A stretch of 64,000 nucleotides of DNA from an uncultured virus (IMG/VR IMGVR_UViG_3300027782_000042) (lineage: Duplodnaviria > Heunggongvirae > Uroviricota > Caudoviricetes): IMG/VR virus record IMGVR_UViG_3300027782_000042. One strand, 5' to 3'. The stretch's first letter is position 1. Every line of letters begins with the position of its first letter. The notes under the pieces are model-generated. The model saw nothing but the letters and a program-made list of their open reading frames with translations, searched no databases and had not been told where the DNA came from. The position numbers were made by a program, and so were the translations under genes. This document shows positions 41,653 through 49,682 of the stretch, one piece after another.

Positions 41653-43083
41653 ATGAAAAATTTTAAATTACTTAATTTATTACTTGAATTTAATGAGACC
41701 ACTGATTGTCAAGCCGGAACAAAGGTTACTATAACCCAAACAGAATATGCGAATATGTCCGATTCTGCTAATTATAATTACTGGAAGGATACTAGAAGTA
41801 ATTATTTTAAATGTAAAAAAAAGGGATCGACTCCTGTTGTTGTAACTCCTCCTGTCGTATCAAACGAATGTCCTAGTGAAACAGAAAAACCTGAATTTAT
41901 AAAATATATTTGGATTAGTCAAGGATGGGTTGACGGGTCAGGAAATCCTGATACAATAGCTCATAAATCAAAAGCTTGTGGTGTTAATGGTAGTGGAGTC
42001 GCTAAAACTTGTACTTATCAACAATCATTAACAAAACCATGTGGTCCTGGATTAAAGGCGGCATGGAAAGAATTAAAATTAAAATTTGAAGAGTGGAAAA
42101 AGGGTAACCAAAACCCTGTTGTGGATCCTGAAGCAAAAAAGAAAGAATGTGAGTCTCAAGGAATGAACTATGATGAGACAACAAAAAATTGCGTGGCAAA
42201 AAAACAAGAGGTTGATCCTGATGCTCAACAACTTGTTAATTCTATGGAACAATATAGAACTATATTAAATAGTTTTTACGACCCGACAGGTTGGATTAAC
42301 GTAAACACCCTATCTCCATCGGAGTATGTTCCAAATTTCCTGTCTTTAAAAATGTTAACACAAGTAACTAAACAAATTGTGGAACTAATAAATCAAAAAG
42401 TTAGTTCTTCTGATTTTGGTTCATTTGTGGAAATGATGGAGACATTAAAAATATCGTATAACGTAGAAAAATACAAAGATTTTTTCCAAAAAAAGGTAGA
42501 TCCTACAGGGACCGATGTTTTTGGAAGTATTGACACATTAATCAATGAAATAAAAACATCCGCAAATGAAAGTAAAACGGCTTACGGTTATGACCCATTA
42601 ACATCACCAACGGAAAAACAAATTAGAGATTTTGTGTTTAGAGGACAATTAAGGTCTGTATATAAATCAGGTAGACTTAATCTTATGATGATGGTTTATA
42701 CGTATACTGATACTCAGCCTTTAAAAACAAATAATAAAGAGTCAGTTTCGGAAATAACAAGTTTTTATAACGAGGTAAGTAAAAATAGAAATTTTGACAA
42801 TTGTAAAAATATTCTAGGTGTTTATAGAGAAACATACCAAGAGGATGGAGTTTACTCACCAACTTTATTGGTTAATGTAAAGACCGAAATACAAAAATGT
42901 TGGTGTGATAAACAATACGAAGATTTAGGTAAATTAGGTACTAAAAACATGTTCGATAAAGAAATGAGAAAAGGTAGAAAAGAATTAATTAGTTTTTTAA
43001 ATCAATTACCAAGTGCTACCATGGGAGACTTTGCGGTTAGACTTAATAGTGGAGTTTGTACTAAAAATAAAAGTTATAGGTGA
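41653..43083 (+). CDS. large Cys-containing hypothetical protein
   Basis: ORF track. Confidence 0.75.
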   Translation: MKNFKLLNLLLEFNETTDCQAGTKVTITQTEYANMSDSANYNYWKDTRSNYFKCKKKGSTPVVVTPPVVSNECPSETEKPEFIKYIWISQGWVDGSGNPDTIAHKSKACGVNGSGVAKTCTYQQSLTKPCGPGLKAAWKELKLKFEEWKKGNQNPVVDPEAKKKECESQGMNYDETTKNCVAKKQEVDPDAQQLVNSMEQYRTILNSFYDPTGWINVNTLSPSEYVPNFLSLKMLTQVTKQIVELINQKVSSSDFGSFVEMMETLKISYNVEKYKDFFQKKVDPTGTDVFGSIDTLINEIKTSANESKTAYGYDPLTSPTEKQIRDFVFRGQLRSVYKSGRLNLMMMVYTYTDTQPLKTNNKESVSEITSFYNEVSKNRNFDNCKNILGVYRETYQEDGVYSPTLLVNVKTEIQKCWCDKQYEDLGKLGTKNMFDKEMRKGRKELISFLNQLPSATMGDFAVRLNSGVCTKNKSYR

Positions 43084-43231
43084 TACTGAAAACACTTATC
43101 GATCGTAGTTGATTGGTAAGGATAAACCATCAAAGAAAGGGGAGGTGTTCATTATCTAGCAATTTGGGAACTTAGGTTCCCATTTTGTTTTTAACACTGT
43201 ATTTATGTAAAAAATTATATAAATTTTTAAT

Positions 43232-43975
43232 ATGAAAAGACCATTAATAGAACAGAATAAATCCTACGCTTTAGGTAATTTTATAATGTTAACGCCAACA
43301 ATAAAAAAATTATCGGAAATACGTGGAGAAAAAATAGACGTTTATTTTACAACTCCTTATGTTAAGGAATGTTTCATCGATTGTGAATTTATGAATCACG
43401 TAGGTAAATTAAGAAGAGAACCAACAATATCAAGTAGTATGGTTAACAGAAATACGCCAGACTATAAATACGTTTTTGAAAATGTTATCAATCAACCTTG
43501 GACAGAAAAGTATCACACGTATGTTGATAATGTTAGTGAAATACCTAAAAATAATGAAGATTATATACTTTTACTTAATGGTTTAGGTGGGTTATCTATG
43601 AATGATAAAGACCCAAAACCACATTGGTTTGGAAAAAAGGAAATATCCGAAATTATTTTTTATCAAATTAAAGAAAAAAGTAAATTACCTTTGGTGTTTA
43701 CCGGATCTGAATCCGATATGAAACAAAATCCTTGGATGGAAAAAATATGTGACCGAATTGAGATTGGAGATATTAGAAGATCTTTATCGTTAGTTAGGGA
43801 TGCAAAAAAGATAATATCAAATGATACAGGATTAGCTCATTGTGCTGGTGCAATGAATAAGGATATTTTAATTCTTTGGAAGGACACCCCTTTTATTAAA
43901 AACCAAAACCCAGGTAAAAAAACAATTTATTCTCAAAAACAAAATTGGATAAAGGACATTAATAACTACTTATAA
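43232..43975 (+). CDS. glycosyltransferase family 9-like protein
   Basis: ALGNFIMLTP and ISNDTGLAHCAGA motifs. Confidence 0.8.
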   Translation: MKRPLIEQNKSYALGNFIMLTPTIKKLSEIRGEKIDVYFTTPYVKECFIDCEFMNHVGKLRREPTISSSMVNRNTPDYKYVFENVINQPWTEKYHTYVDNVSEIPKNNEDYILLLNGLGGLSMNDKDPKPHWFGKKEISEIIFYQIKEKSKLPLVFTGSESDMKQNPWMEKICDRIEIGDIRRSLSLVRDAKKIISNDTGLAHCAGAMNKDILILWKDTPFIKNQNPGKKTIYSQKQNWIKDINNYL

Positions 43976-43978
43976 AAT

Positions 43979-44599
43979 ATGAGGATAATAACATTTTATA
44001 ATGAAAAAATAAACCCAATAGTTGTTGATTATCAAAAAAAAGTATTTAATCATTTTAAATATGATATAAATCAGATAAACGTATCAAATTGGGTTAGTCA
44101 TGGTAATTCAATTGACGATTATTTAACAACAATTGAAGACCCAAATGAAGTTATTGTTCTATTTGATATTGATTGTATTCCATTAAACAAAAAAATAATA
44201 GGACATGCGGTTGAATGGGTGATAAAAAATGATGGTGTATTTGGTAACTCTCAGTTAGCCCCTAAATTAATGAAACCTCATAATACTTTTATTTATGTTG
44301 CACCTTCTTTTATGGTTTTTACTATGAAGACATATGAAAGATTAGGTAAACCAAGTTTTACAACAAATAATAGATCAGATTGTGGTGCAGAAATAACCCA
44401 TAACGCAATAGAAAAAGACGTAAAGATTAAATTATTATACCCAACAAGCGTAGAAGTTCCAACTGTTAAATTAAAAGACAATATTTGGTTTGGGTATGGG
44501 ACAAACTATGAGAATAACACTTATCATTCTTTTGAATCTAGATTCAGAAAAAAAGACAGTTTTTTCTTGAATAAATGTAAAAGTATTTTAAATATTTAA
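43979..44599 (+). CDS. putative glycosyltransferase (GT-A, DxD)
   Basis: LFDIDCIP. Confidence 0.6.
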   Translation: MRIITFYNEKINPIVVDYQKKVFNHFKYDINQINVSNWVSHGNSIDDYLTTIEDPNEVIVLFDIDCIPLNKKIIGHAVEWVIKNDGVFGNSQLAPKLMKPHNTFIYVAPSFMVFTMKTYERLGKPSFTTNNRSDCGAEITHNAIEKDVKIKLLYPTSVEVPTVKLKDNIWFGYGTNYENNTYHSFESRFRKKDSFFLNKCKSILNI

Positions 44600-44600
44600 T

Positions 44601-46301
44601 ATGGATAAAATTTATGATTTTTGTATTTTAATTACCACATATAATAGACCTGATTTTTTAAAAAGGTTATTAGATGATATAAATAACCAAAAAAAAGATT
44701 ATAATGTTTTGGTTGCGGTTTTTAATGATGGTAGCGACGTTGAATATGACCTTAGTAGGTATGACGTAAAAAAAATAGATATTTACCCAAACATGGGTAA
44801 AAAAAAGTATTATAATGTTATTAATAAAACTTTTGAATTTGTAAAAAATATTCATTCTAAATATTTTATTTATTTACCTGACGACATTAAATTAGTTGAT
44901 AATTTTTTTGAAGAAACTAAAGAGATGTACATAAAAATTGACTCAAGAAAAAAAATATGTTTAAACATATTAACAGACGATAGAGTTCTTAGAGATAATT
45001 GGGGTTACCCTAAAGGGGTGGATTATGGGGATTTTTATCAAACGCAATGGAATGACCTATGTTTTATTTGTGAAAAAAAGTTTTTTGAGTCCTTGGATTA
45101 TAAAATATATGATATACCACTATCTAGGTGGTCTAAAAACCCAAATCTAAGTTCTGGTGTTGGTCATCAAATAACTGATAGATTAAACAAAAAAAAGTTT
45201 TTCCTATACCACACCAAAAAATCTATGGTAATTCATGGGGATCATGAATCTAAAATGAATTATACTGAAAGATTAAAAACTAAATTAGTGACTAAACATA
45301 ATTTTGATTTATCTATAATTGTACCAACATATAAGAATACAAATTACCTTGACGAATGTATAAATTCTTTGGTCAAATCCACAGAAAATTATAATGTGGA
45401 GATTTTAATTGGGGTTGACGGGTGTAAAGAAACTATGGATTTTATTAAAGGAAAAAAGTTCCCAAAAAACGTAACATTTTTTTATTTCAATGAAAATGAA
45501 GGTCCTTACTCAATTAAGAACACTTTAACAAGTATATGTAATTCTAAAAATTTATTATTTTTTGATTCTGATGATATATCAGAAAAAGAATTAGTGTCAA
45601 CAATTATTAATAATATTGATAAATATGATTGTATAAAGCCAAAATATAAAGATTTTGGTGTTGGTATTACACCGTCAAATAAGTCACTTTTTGGTGAGGG
45701 TGTGTTTGCAATAACTAAGGAATTATTCTTAAATATGAATGGTTTTGAACCTTGGATGTGTGCTGCTGATTCTGATTTTATGGGTAGATTATATAAGAGA
45801 AAATGTAAAATACTACATACACCTGTAACTTTATTTAAAAGAAGAATTCATGATAATGGTTTAACAAGTCGTACTGACACCGGACTAAGATCACCAAAAA
45901 GATTCCAATATCAACAAATATCAAAATCTAAAAAAGGTGACGGCAATCCTAAAAAATTAAACATAAGGGATTTTAAAATTATTGACCATGATGGGATTTT
46001 AGAAACGTTTGTTTACCCTGAAATAGTTGAAACAAATAATGAAAAATGTTTGGTTTCTATTTTTAACAAAGAACCAAAAATAATAGAAGAAGTTTTTATT
46101 CGTAAAAAACAAAAAGTAGTTTCGGACAATCCTTTATTTAATATTCTTAAAAACAAAGAAAAAGTAACTGAAGTTAATATAGTAACAGAACAAAGAAAAA
46201 ATGTTGAACAAATAAAACAAAAAACAAAGAGACAAATTAATGATGAGTTTAATCCGCCAAAACCAAATAGAAGACTTGATCTACCAAAATTAAGATTTTA
46301 A
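44601..46301 (+). CDS. tandem GT2 glycosyltransferase
   Basis: ILITTYNR..DDI and SIIVPTYK..FFDSDD domains. Confidence 0.85.
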   Translation: MDKIYDFCILITTYNRPDFLKRLLDDINNQKKDYNVLVAVFNDGSDVEYDLSRYDVKKIDIYPNMGKKKYYNVINKTFEFVKNIHSKYFIYLPDDIKLVDNFFEETKEMYIKIDSRKKICLNILTDDRVLRDNWGYPKGVDYGDFYQTQWNDLCFICEKKFFESLDYKIYDIPLSRWSKNPNLSSGVGHQITDRLNKKKFFLYHTKKSMVIHGDHESKMNYTERLKTKLVTKHNFDLSIIVPTYKNTNYLDECINSLVKSTENYNVEILIGVDGCKETMDFIKGKKFPKNVTFFYFNENEGPYSIKNTLTSICNSKNLLFFDSDDISEKELVSTIINNIDKYDCIKPKYKDFGVGITPSNKSLFGEGVFAITKELFLNMNGFEPWMCAADSDFMGRLYKRKCKILHTPVTLFKRRIHDNGLTSRTDTGLRSPKRFQYQQISKSKKGDGNPKKLNIRDFKIIDHDGILETFVYPEIVETNNEKCLVSIFNKEPKIIEEVFIRKKQKVVSDNPLFNILKNKEKVTEVNIVTEQRKNVEQIKQKTKRQINDEFNPPKPNRRLDLPKLRF

Positions 46302-46345
46302 CTTGATATTGTTTTAAGTATTAAGTATTTTTAAATAAAAAACTT

Positions 46346-46534
46346 ATGTTCATTATAATTAAACACGTAAAAACAAATAATAAAGGAATTTCAGGTAAAA
46401 GACTTCCTGTAATATTATTAAATACCGAAACTGAAGTGTGGGAATTTAACACCATCGAAGAGGCTGAAAAAATGAAAGAGATCTTCCAAACTAATTCTGA
46501 TTCAGGTCACATATACGAAGTAAAAAAAATATAA
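46346..46534 (+). CDS. hypothetical protein
   Basis: ORF track. Confidence 0.7.
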   Translation: MFIIIKHVKTNNKGISGKRLPVILLNTETEVWEFNTIEEAEKMKEIFQTNSDSGHIYEVKKI

Positions 46535-46535
46535 T

Positions 46536-46652
46536 ATGGAAGAAATTTTAGAATTAATTCATAACGAATTTATAGAATCGGAAGATTACTACGTGTTCTT
46601 ACGTAGATTGGATGAAGAACAGGAAAATATTGAAAAAACGATTGTCAATTAA
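46536..46652 (+). CDS. small acidic hypothetical protein (38 aa)
   Basis: read by hand MEEILELIHNEF... Confidence 0.45.
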   Translation: MEEILELIHNEFIESEDYYVFLRRLDEEQENIEKTIVN

Positions 46653-46671
46653 AAAAAATCACATATATTTG
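46642..46671 (+). promoter_or_regulatory. Bacteroidota-type promoter upstream of leader 1
   Basis: TTG...TATATTTG. Confidence 0.55.
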
Positions 46672-46716
46672 TACAAGAATTAAAATTTTTAGAAAAAACA
46701 ATATATTTATAACAAG

Positions 46717-46827
46717 ATGAAAACAACTAATAGACATATGAACATTTGTAACCCGAGCATTCAGTGGTCGTTTAACGTGTATCGTACGCTTAAGTCGCAT
46801 AATAGGGCATTTTTATTTATGAGTTGA
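46717..46827 (+). CDS. attenuator leader peptide 1 (36 aa) for tRNA array 1
   Basis: MKTTNRHMNICNPSIQWSFNVYRTLKSHNRAFLFMS; codons match array-1 anticodons; followed by terminator. Confidence 0.8.
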   Translation: MKTTNRHMNICNPSIQWSFNVYRTLKSHNRAFLFMS

Positions 46828-46856
46828 TAAAGATTAACTAAACATATAAGAAATAT

Positions 46857-46889
46857 AAGACCCTAACTCAAAACAGTTAGGGTTTTTTT
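46857..46889 (+). terminator. attenuator terminator 1
   Basis: AAGACCCTAACT-caaaac-AGTTAGGGTTTTTTT. Confidence 0.85.
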
Positions 46890-46903
46890 ATACCCAAAAA
46901 TTT

Positions 46904-46976
46904 GGTTCCTTAGTATAGTTTGGTAATATCCCGGCTTTGTAACCCGGAGTCATCAGTTCGACCCTGATAGGAACCT
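46904..46976 (+). tRNA. trnT: tRNA-Thr(UGU)
   Basis: cloverleaf, loop TT-TGT-AA, one anticodon-stem mismatch. Confidence 0.8.
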
Positions 46977-46987
46977 CAAAAGAAAAA

Positions 46988-47003
46988 GTTCTTTGACATA
47001 TTG
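46988..47003 (+). promoter_or_regulatory. boxA-like antitermination site
   Basis: GTTCTTTGACATATTG. Confidence 0.6.
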
Positions 47004-47013
47004 GATTCATTAA

Positions 47014-47085
47014 TGTTCCCTCGTCTAATCGGCAGGACACATGGTTTTGGTCCATGGAATCGAGGTTCGAACCCTTGGGGAACAA
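47014..47085 (+). tRNA. trnQ: tRNA-Gln(UUG)
   Basis: cloverleaf, CATGG-TTTTGGT-CCATG. Confidence 0.9.
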
Positions 47086-47091
47086 CAATAA

Positions 47092-47175
47092 GGAAGATGA
47101 ATCACAACGGCTTGTGACCCCGTCTTGAAAACGGGCGGTACCGAAAGGTATTGGGATCGACACCTACTTCTTCCT
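47092..47175 (+). tRNA. trnS: tRNA-Ser(UGA)
   Basis: CCCGT-CTTGAAA-ACGGG, long variable arm. Confidence 0.8.
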
Positions 47176-47181
47176 CTATAA

Positions 47182-47257
47182 CGGGATGTGGACTAATTGA
47201 CTAAGTCGCCACTTTTGGGAAGTGGACATCATCCAGGTTTGAGTCCTGGTATCCCGA
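47182..47257 (+). tRNA. trnP: tRNA-Pro(UGG)
   Basis: CCACT-TTTGGGA-AGTGG. Confidence 0.85.
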
Positions 47258-47262
47258 CTAAT

Positions 47263-47338
47263 GTCTTCGTAGCTCAGTTGGTTTCAGAGCACTCCACTTT
47301 TAATGGAGGGGTCACAGGTTCGAACCCTGTCGGGGACA
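47263..47338 (+). tRNA. trnK: tRNA-Lys(UUU)
   Basis: CTCCA-CTTTTAA-TGGAG. Confidence 0.9.
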
Positions 47339-47346
47339 CAAAAAAA

Positions 47347-47377
47347 TTTGGTAGATTAAAAAAAACCATTAACTTTG
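47347..47377 (+). promoter_or_regulatory. Bacteroidota-type promoter
   Basis: TTTG...TAACTTTG just before ORF 47382. Confidence 0.65.
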
Positions 47378-47381
47378 TACT

Positions 47382-47597
47382 ATGAATAAAGTAGAGAAAA
47401 TTAAAAAAGGACTTCCAAACGGAATGGTTAAGGTTGGGGAAGAATGTGAGAGAGCAATCGTAAGATTGGTTAAACAAGGTAAATCCGAAAACGAGGCAAC
47501 AGAAATTGTTTTGAAACTATTAAAAGATAGTAAACCTTATATTGAACAAGGAATGTACTCTACCACAATTGAAAGTATTAAAATGATAACATCATAA
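47382..47597 (+). CDS. hypothetical protein
   Basis: ORF track; own promoter. Confidence 0.7.
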   Translation: MNKVEKIKKGLPNGMVKVGEECERAIVRLVKQGKSENEATEIVLKLLKDSKPYIEQGMYSTTIESIKMITS

Positions 47598-47599
47598 AC

Positions 47600-47673
47600 G
47601 CACCTTTAGCTCAGATGGTAGTAGCGGTTGTTTTACATACAACAGGTCACAGGTTCGATCCCTGTAGGGTGTA
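47600..47673 (+). tRNA. trnV: tRNA-Val(UAC)
   Basis: GTTGT-TTTACAT-ACAAC. Confidence 0.9.
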
Positions 47674-47677
47674 CAAA

Positions 47678-47799
47678 GGTTGATTGGGGAATGATATAAC
47701 GTTAACGTGTCAGTAGTTCGTAGTTATGTCGGAGTTTTAACTGTCATAGTAACGCCAATCATAAAAGGGGATGTCCACGGAACCATCTTCCCCTTTCCT
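47678..47799 (+). ncRNA. unidentified structured RNA
   Basis: TGATTGG/CCAATCA and AAAGGGGA/TCCCCTTT stems between tRNAs. Confidence 0.4.
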
Positions 47800-47804
47800 G
47801 AACT

Positions 47805-47890
47805 GGGAGAGTTGAGCAATTGGTTGGCTCAGCAGACTGTAAATCTGTCGTCGTGAGACCTTGGGGGTTCGAGTCCCTCCTCTCCCACCA
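47805..47890 (+). tRNA. trnY: tRNA-Tyr(GUA)
   Basis: GCAGA-CTGTAAA-TCTGT, variable arm, encoded CCA. Confidence 0.9.
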
Positions 47891-47896
47891 AAAAAT

Positions 47897-47969
47897 GGAC
47901 AAGTAGCTCAATTGGGAGAGCATCGTACTGTTAATACGAGGGTTGTAGGATCGTACCCTACCTTGTCCG
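47897..47969 (+). tRNA. trnN: tRNA-Asn(GUU)
   Basis: TCGTA-CTGTTAA-TACGA. Confidence 0.85.
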
Positions 47970-47976
47970 CAACAAT

Positions 47977-48049
47977 GCTCACGTAGCTTAATCGGGAAAG
48001 CACCACGCTGATATCGTGGAGAGAATAGGATCGTAACCTATCGTGAGCA
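47977..48049 (+). tRNA. trnI: tRNA-Ile(GAU)
   Basis: CCACG-CTGATAT-CGTGG. Confidence 0.85.
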
Positions 48050-48107
48050 CAAAAAGGGGAATAACTTGTGTGGGTGCCCCAACTACTGCAGGAGTACCAC
48101 ACTCTAT

Positions 48108-48193
48108 GGAAGATAAACCTTGATGGAGATAGGGTCCGCCTGCTAAGCGAGATGTACCCGTAAGGGTATTTGGTTCGATTCCAATGTCTTCCT
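48108..48193 (+). tRNA. trnS: tRNA-Ser(GCU)
   Basis: CGC-CTGCTAA-GCG, long variable arm. Confidence 0.75.
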
Positions 48194-48201
48194 CGATTAA
48201 A

Positions 48202-48285
48202 ATCCGGAAATTTTCCGGATAGGATGACTTTTTTTCCGGATAGACATCTACAATTGAATAATCTATTAGGAAAATTTCCGGATAG
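48202..48285. repeat. TTTCCGGATAG x3 with ATCCGGAAA-T-TTTCCGGAT palindrome
   Basis: direct inspection. Confidence 0.75.
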
Positions 48286-48299
48286 ATATAAAACAACAA

Positions 48300-48367
48300 C
48301 CCGTATGATCAGGGATCAAAGTTGGCTCATATCCGACTTGAGGTTGGTTCAAGTCCAACATACGGGA
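48300..48367 (+). tRNA. trnM: atypical tRNA-Met(CAU) with minimal D-arm
   Basis: CCCGTAT/ATACGGG acceptor, GATC-AGG-GATC D-arm, GTTGG-CTCATAT-CCGAC. Confidence 0.6.
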
Positions 48368-48373
48368 CTATAT

Positions 48374-48447
48374 GGTGTTTGTAGCTCAATCGGGAGAGCG
48401 TCGGTTTGTGAAGCCGAAAGTAGTGGGATCGAAACCCACCATTCACC
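48374..48447 (+). tRNA. trnH: tRNA-His(GUG)
   Basis: G-1, C73, TCGGT-TTGTGAA-GCCGA; two acceptor mismatches. Confidence 0.8.
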
Positions 48448-48449
48448 CA

Positions 48450-48578
48450 AAAGAATTTACAACGGACAAGGCTTAGGCAAGTGAGTTGAGAATGAGTAGT
48501 AGGAGATGTTATCGTTTGGACTACAGAAAGTTTGATACAAGAGATTGGTGGGATGCGAGTGGTTGACCAAAATTCTTT
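48450..48578 (+). ncRNA. unidentified RNA closed by terminal stem
   Basis: AAAGAATTT/AAATTCTTT ends. Confidence 0.35.
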
Positions 48579-48582
48579 AATT

Positions 48583-48655
48583 ACCTTCGTAGTTAAATAG
48601 AATAGAACCTGTGGCTACGGACCACAAGATGTGAGTTTGAGTCTCGCCGAAGGTA
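48583..48655 (+). tRNA. trnR: tRNA-Arg(ACG)
   Basis: TGTGG-CTACGGA-CCACA. Confidence 0.85.
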
Positions 48656-48656
48656 C

Positions 48657-48833
48657 AAAAGATGATAAGAAACGTAGAATGACAGACGTGGAGAGACGTG
48701 TCGTAAGGGTACACACTAAGGAAAGGTATTCAATCTTAATTGTATTGATGTAACAACCCAACTCTCTAATGGTGTGTGAAGCGTCGTAGTGATACGAACC
48801 CCAGATTCCTGATAAAGTCATTTATCATCTTTT
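48657..48833 (+). ncRNA. unidentified structured RNA (~175 nt)
   Basis: AAAAGATGATAA/TTATCATCTTTT closing stem, AATGAC/GTCATT, ACACAC/GTGTGT. Confidence 0.5.
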
Positions 48834-48837
48834 ATTT

Positions 48838-48910
48838 GCCCCCATCGTCCAACTGAACAGGACGTTCCCCTTCTAAGGGAAAGATCGGAGTTTGAATCTC
48901 TGTGGGGGTA
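48838..48910 (+). tRNA. trnR: tRNA-Arg(UCU)
   Basis: TTCCC-CTTCTAA-GGGAA. Confidence 0.85.
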
Positions 48911-48918
48911 CAAAACAC

Positions 48919-48989
48919 ACATGGTACAGACAAGGTGTCGGTCAGGTCTCCAAAACCTCGACGGGTTAGTTCGATTCTAACACCATGTG
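48919..48989 (+). tRNA. trnW: atypical tRNA-Trp(CCA) with minimal D-arm
   Basis: ACATGGT/ACCATGT, GACA-AGG-TGTC D-arm, AGGT-CTCCAAA-ACCT. Confidence 0.7.
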
Positions 48990-49035
48990 CAAAAATTAAT
49001 TTTGCCAGTTAAAAAAAATTTCGTATCTTTACAGT

Positions 49036-49530
49036 ATGAAAGACGCACTACCATATTGTAATACAGGAAAAGCCATTAAAGGTTATGAAGAATCTGCAAT
49101 CGCAAAAAATGAAACCAACGATTGTGTTGTAAGAGCATTTGCATCTTGTTTTGATGTGTCTTACGATTACGCTCACAAATACGTTAGAGAAAATTTTGGT
49201 CGTAGAGATCGTAACGGTACTTATGGTACTGTAGATAAAATGACTAAACTTGCAGAAAATAGAAGTCAAGTAAACTACAAAAAAGTTAAGTGTGTTGGTA
49301 AATTAAACAATTACCGTAGACACACTTTGGAGTACGATGTTAAAGTAAAGGGTGAGAGAGTTAAACGTAAAATGACTGTGGGTACATTTACAAAACAAAA
49401 CCCTATTGGGACATTCTTTATGTTAGTTAGTCGTCACGCTTTCACAATCAAAGATGGTGTGGTAATTGGTAACCACGAGGATTCAACCAAGAAAAAACGT
49501 GTATTACTTCATGCGTTTGAAGTTAAATAA
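49036..49530 (+). CDS. hypothetical protein (NDCVVRA motif)
   Basis: ORF track; host-type promoter directly upstream. Confidence 0.8.
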   Translation: MKDALPYCNTGKAIKGYEESAIAKNETNDCVVRAFASCFDVSYDYAHKYVRENFGRRDRNGTYGTVDKMTKLAENRSQVNYKKVKCVGKLNNYRRHTLEYDVKVKGERVKRKMTVGTFTKQNPIGTFFMLVSRHAFTIKDGVVIGNHEDSTKKKRVLLHAFEVK

Positions 49531-49593
49531 GACGGGAGGCGAGAGTTGAGGGTAGAACCATTAGGATACCTCAACCAAGTCCTCCCTGAAGAA

Positions 49594-49666
49594 GGACAGG
49601 TAGCTCAGTTGGTAGAGCTCAGGATTGAAGATCCTGGAGTCGGGGGTTCGACACCCTCTCTGTCCA
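49594..49666 (+). tRNA. trnF: tRNA-Phe(GAA)
   Basis: CAGGA-TTGAAGA-TCCTG. Confidence 0.9.
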
Positions 49667-49682
49667 CAAATAAAAAGAAATA

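Noticed and set aside
46888..48821. ORF-track ORFs overlapping tRNA genes (46888-, 47197+, 47274-, 47908-, 47988-, 48170+, 48615-)
   Set aside because: They overlap clear cloverleaves; chance frames in GC-richer RNA genes.
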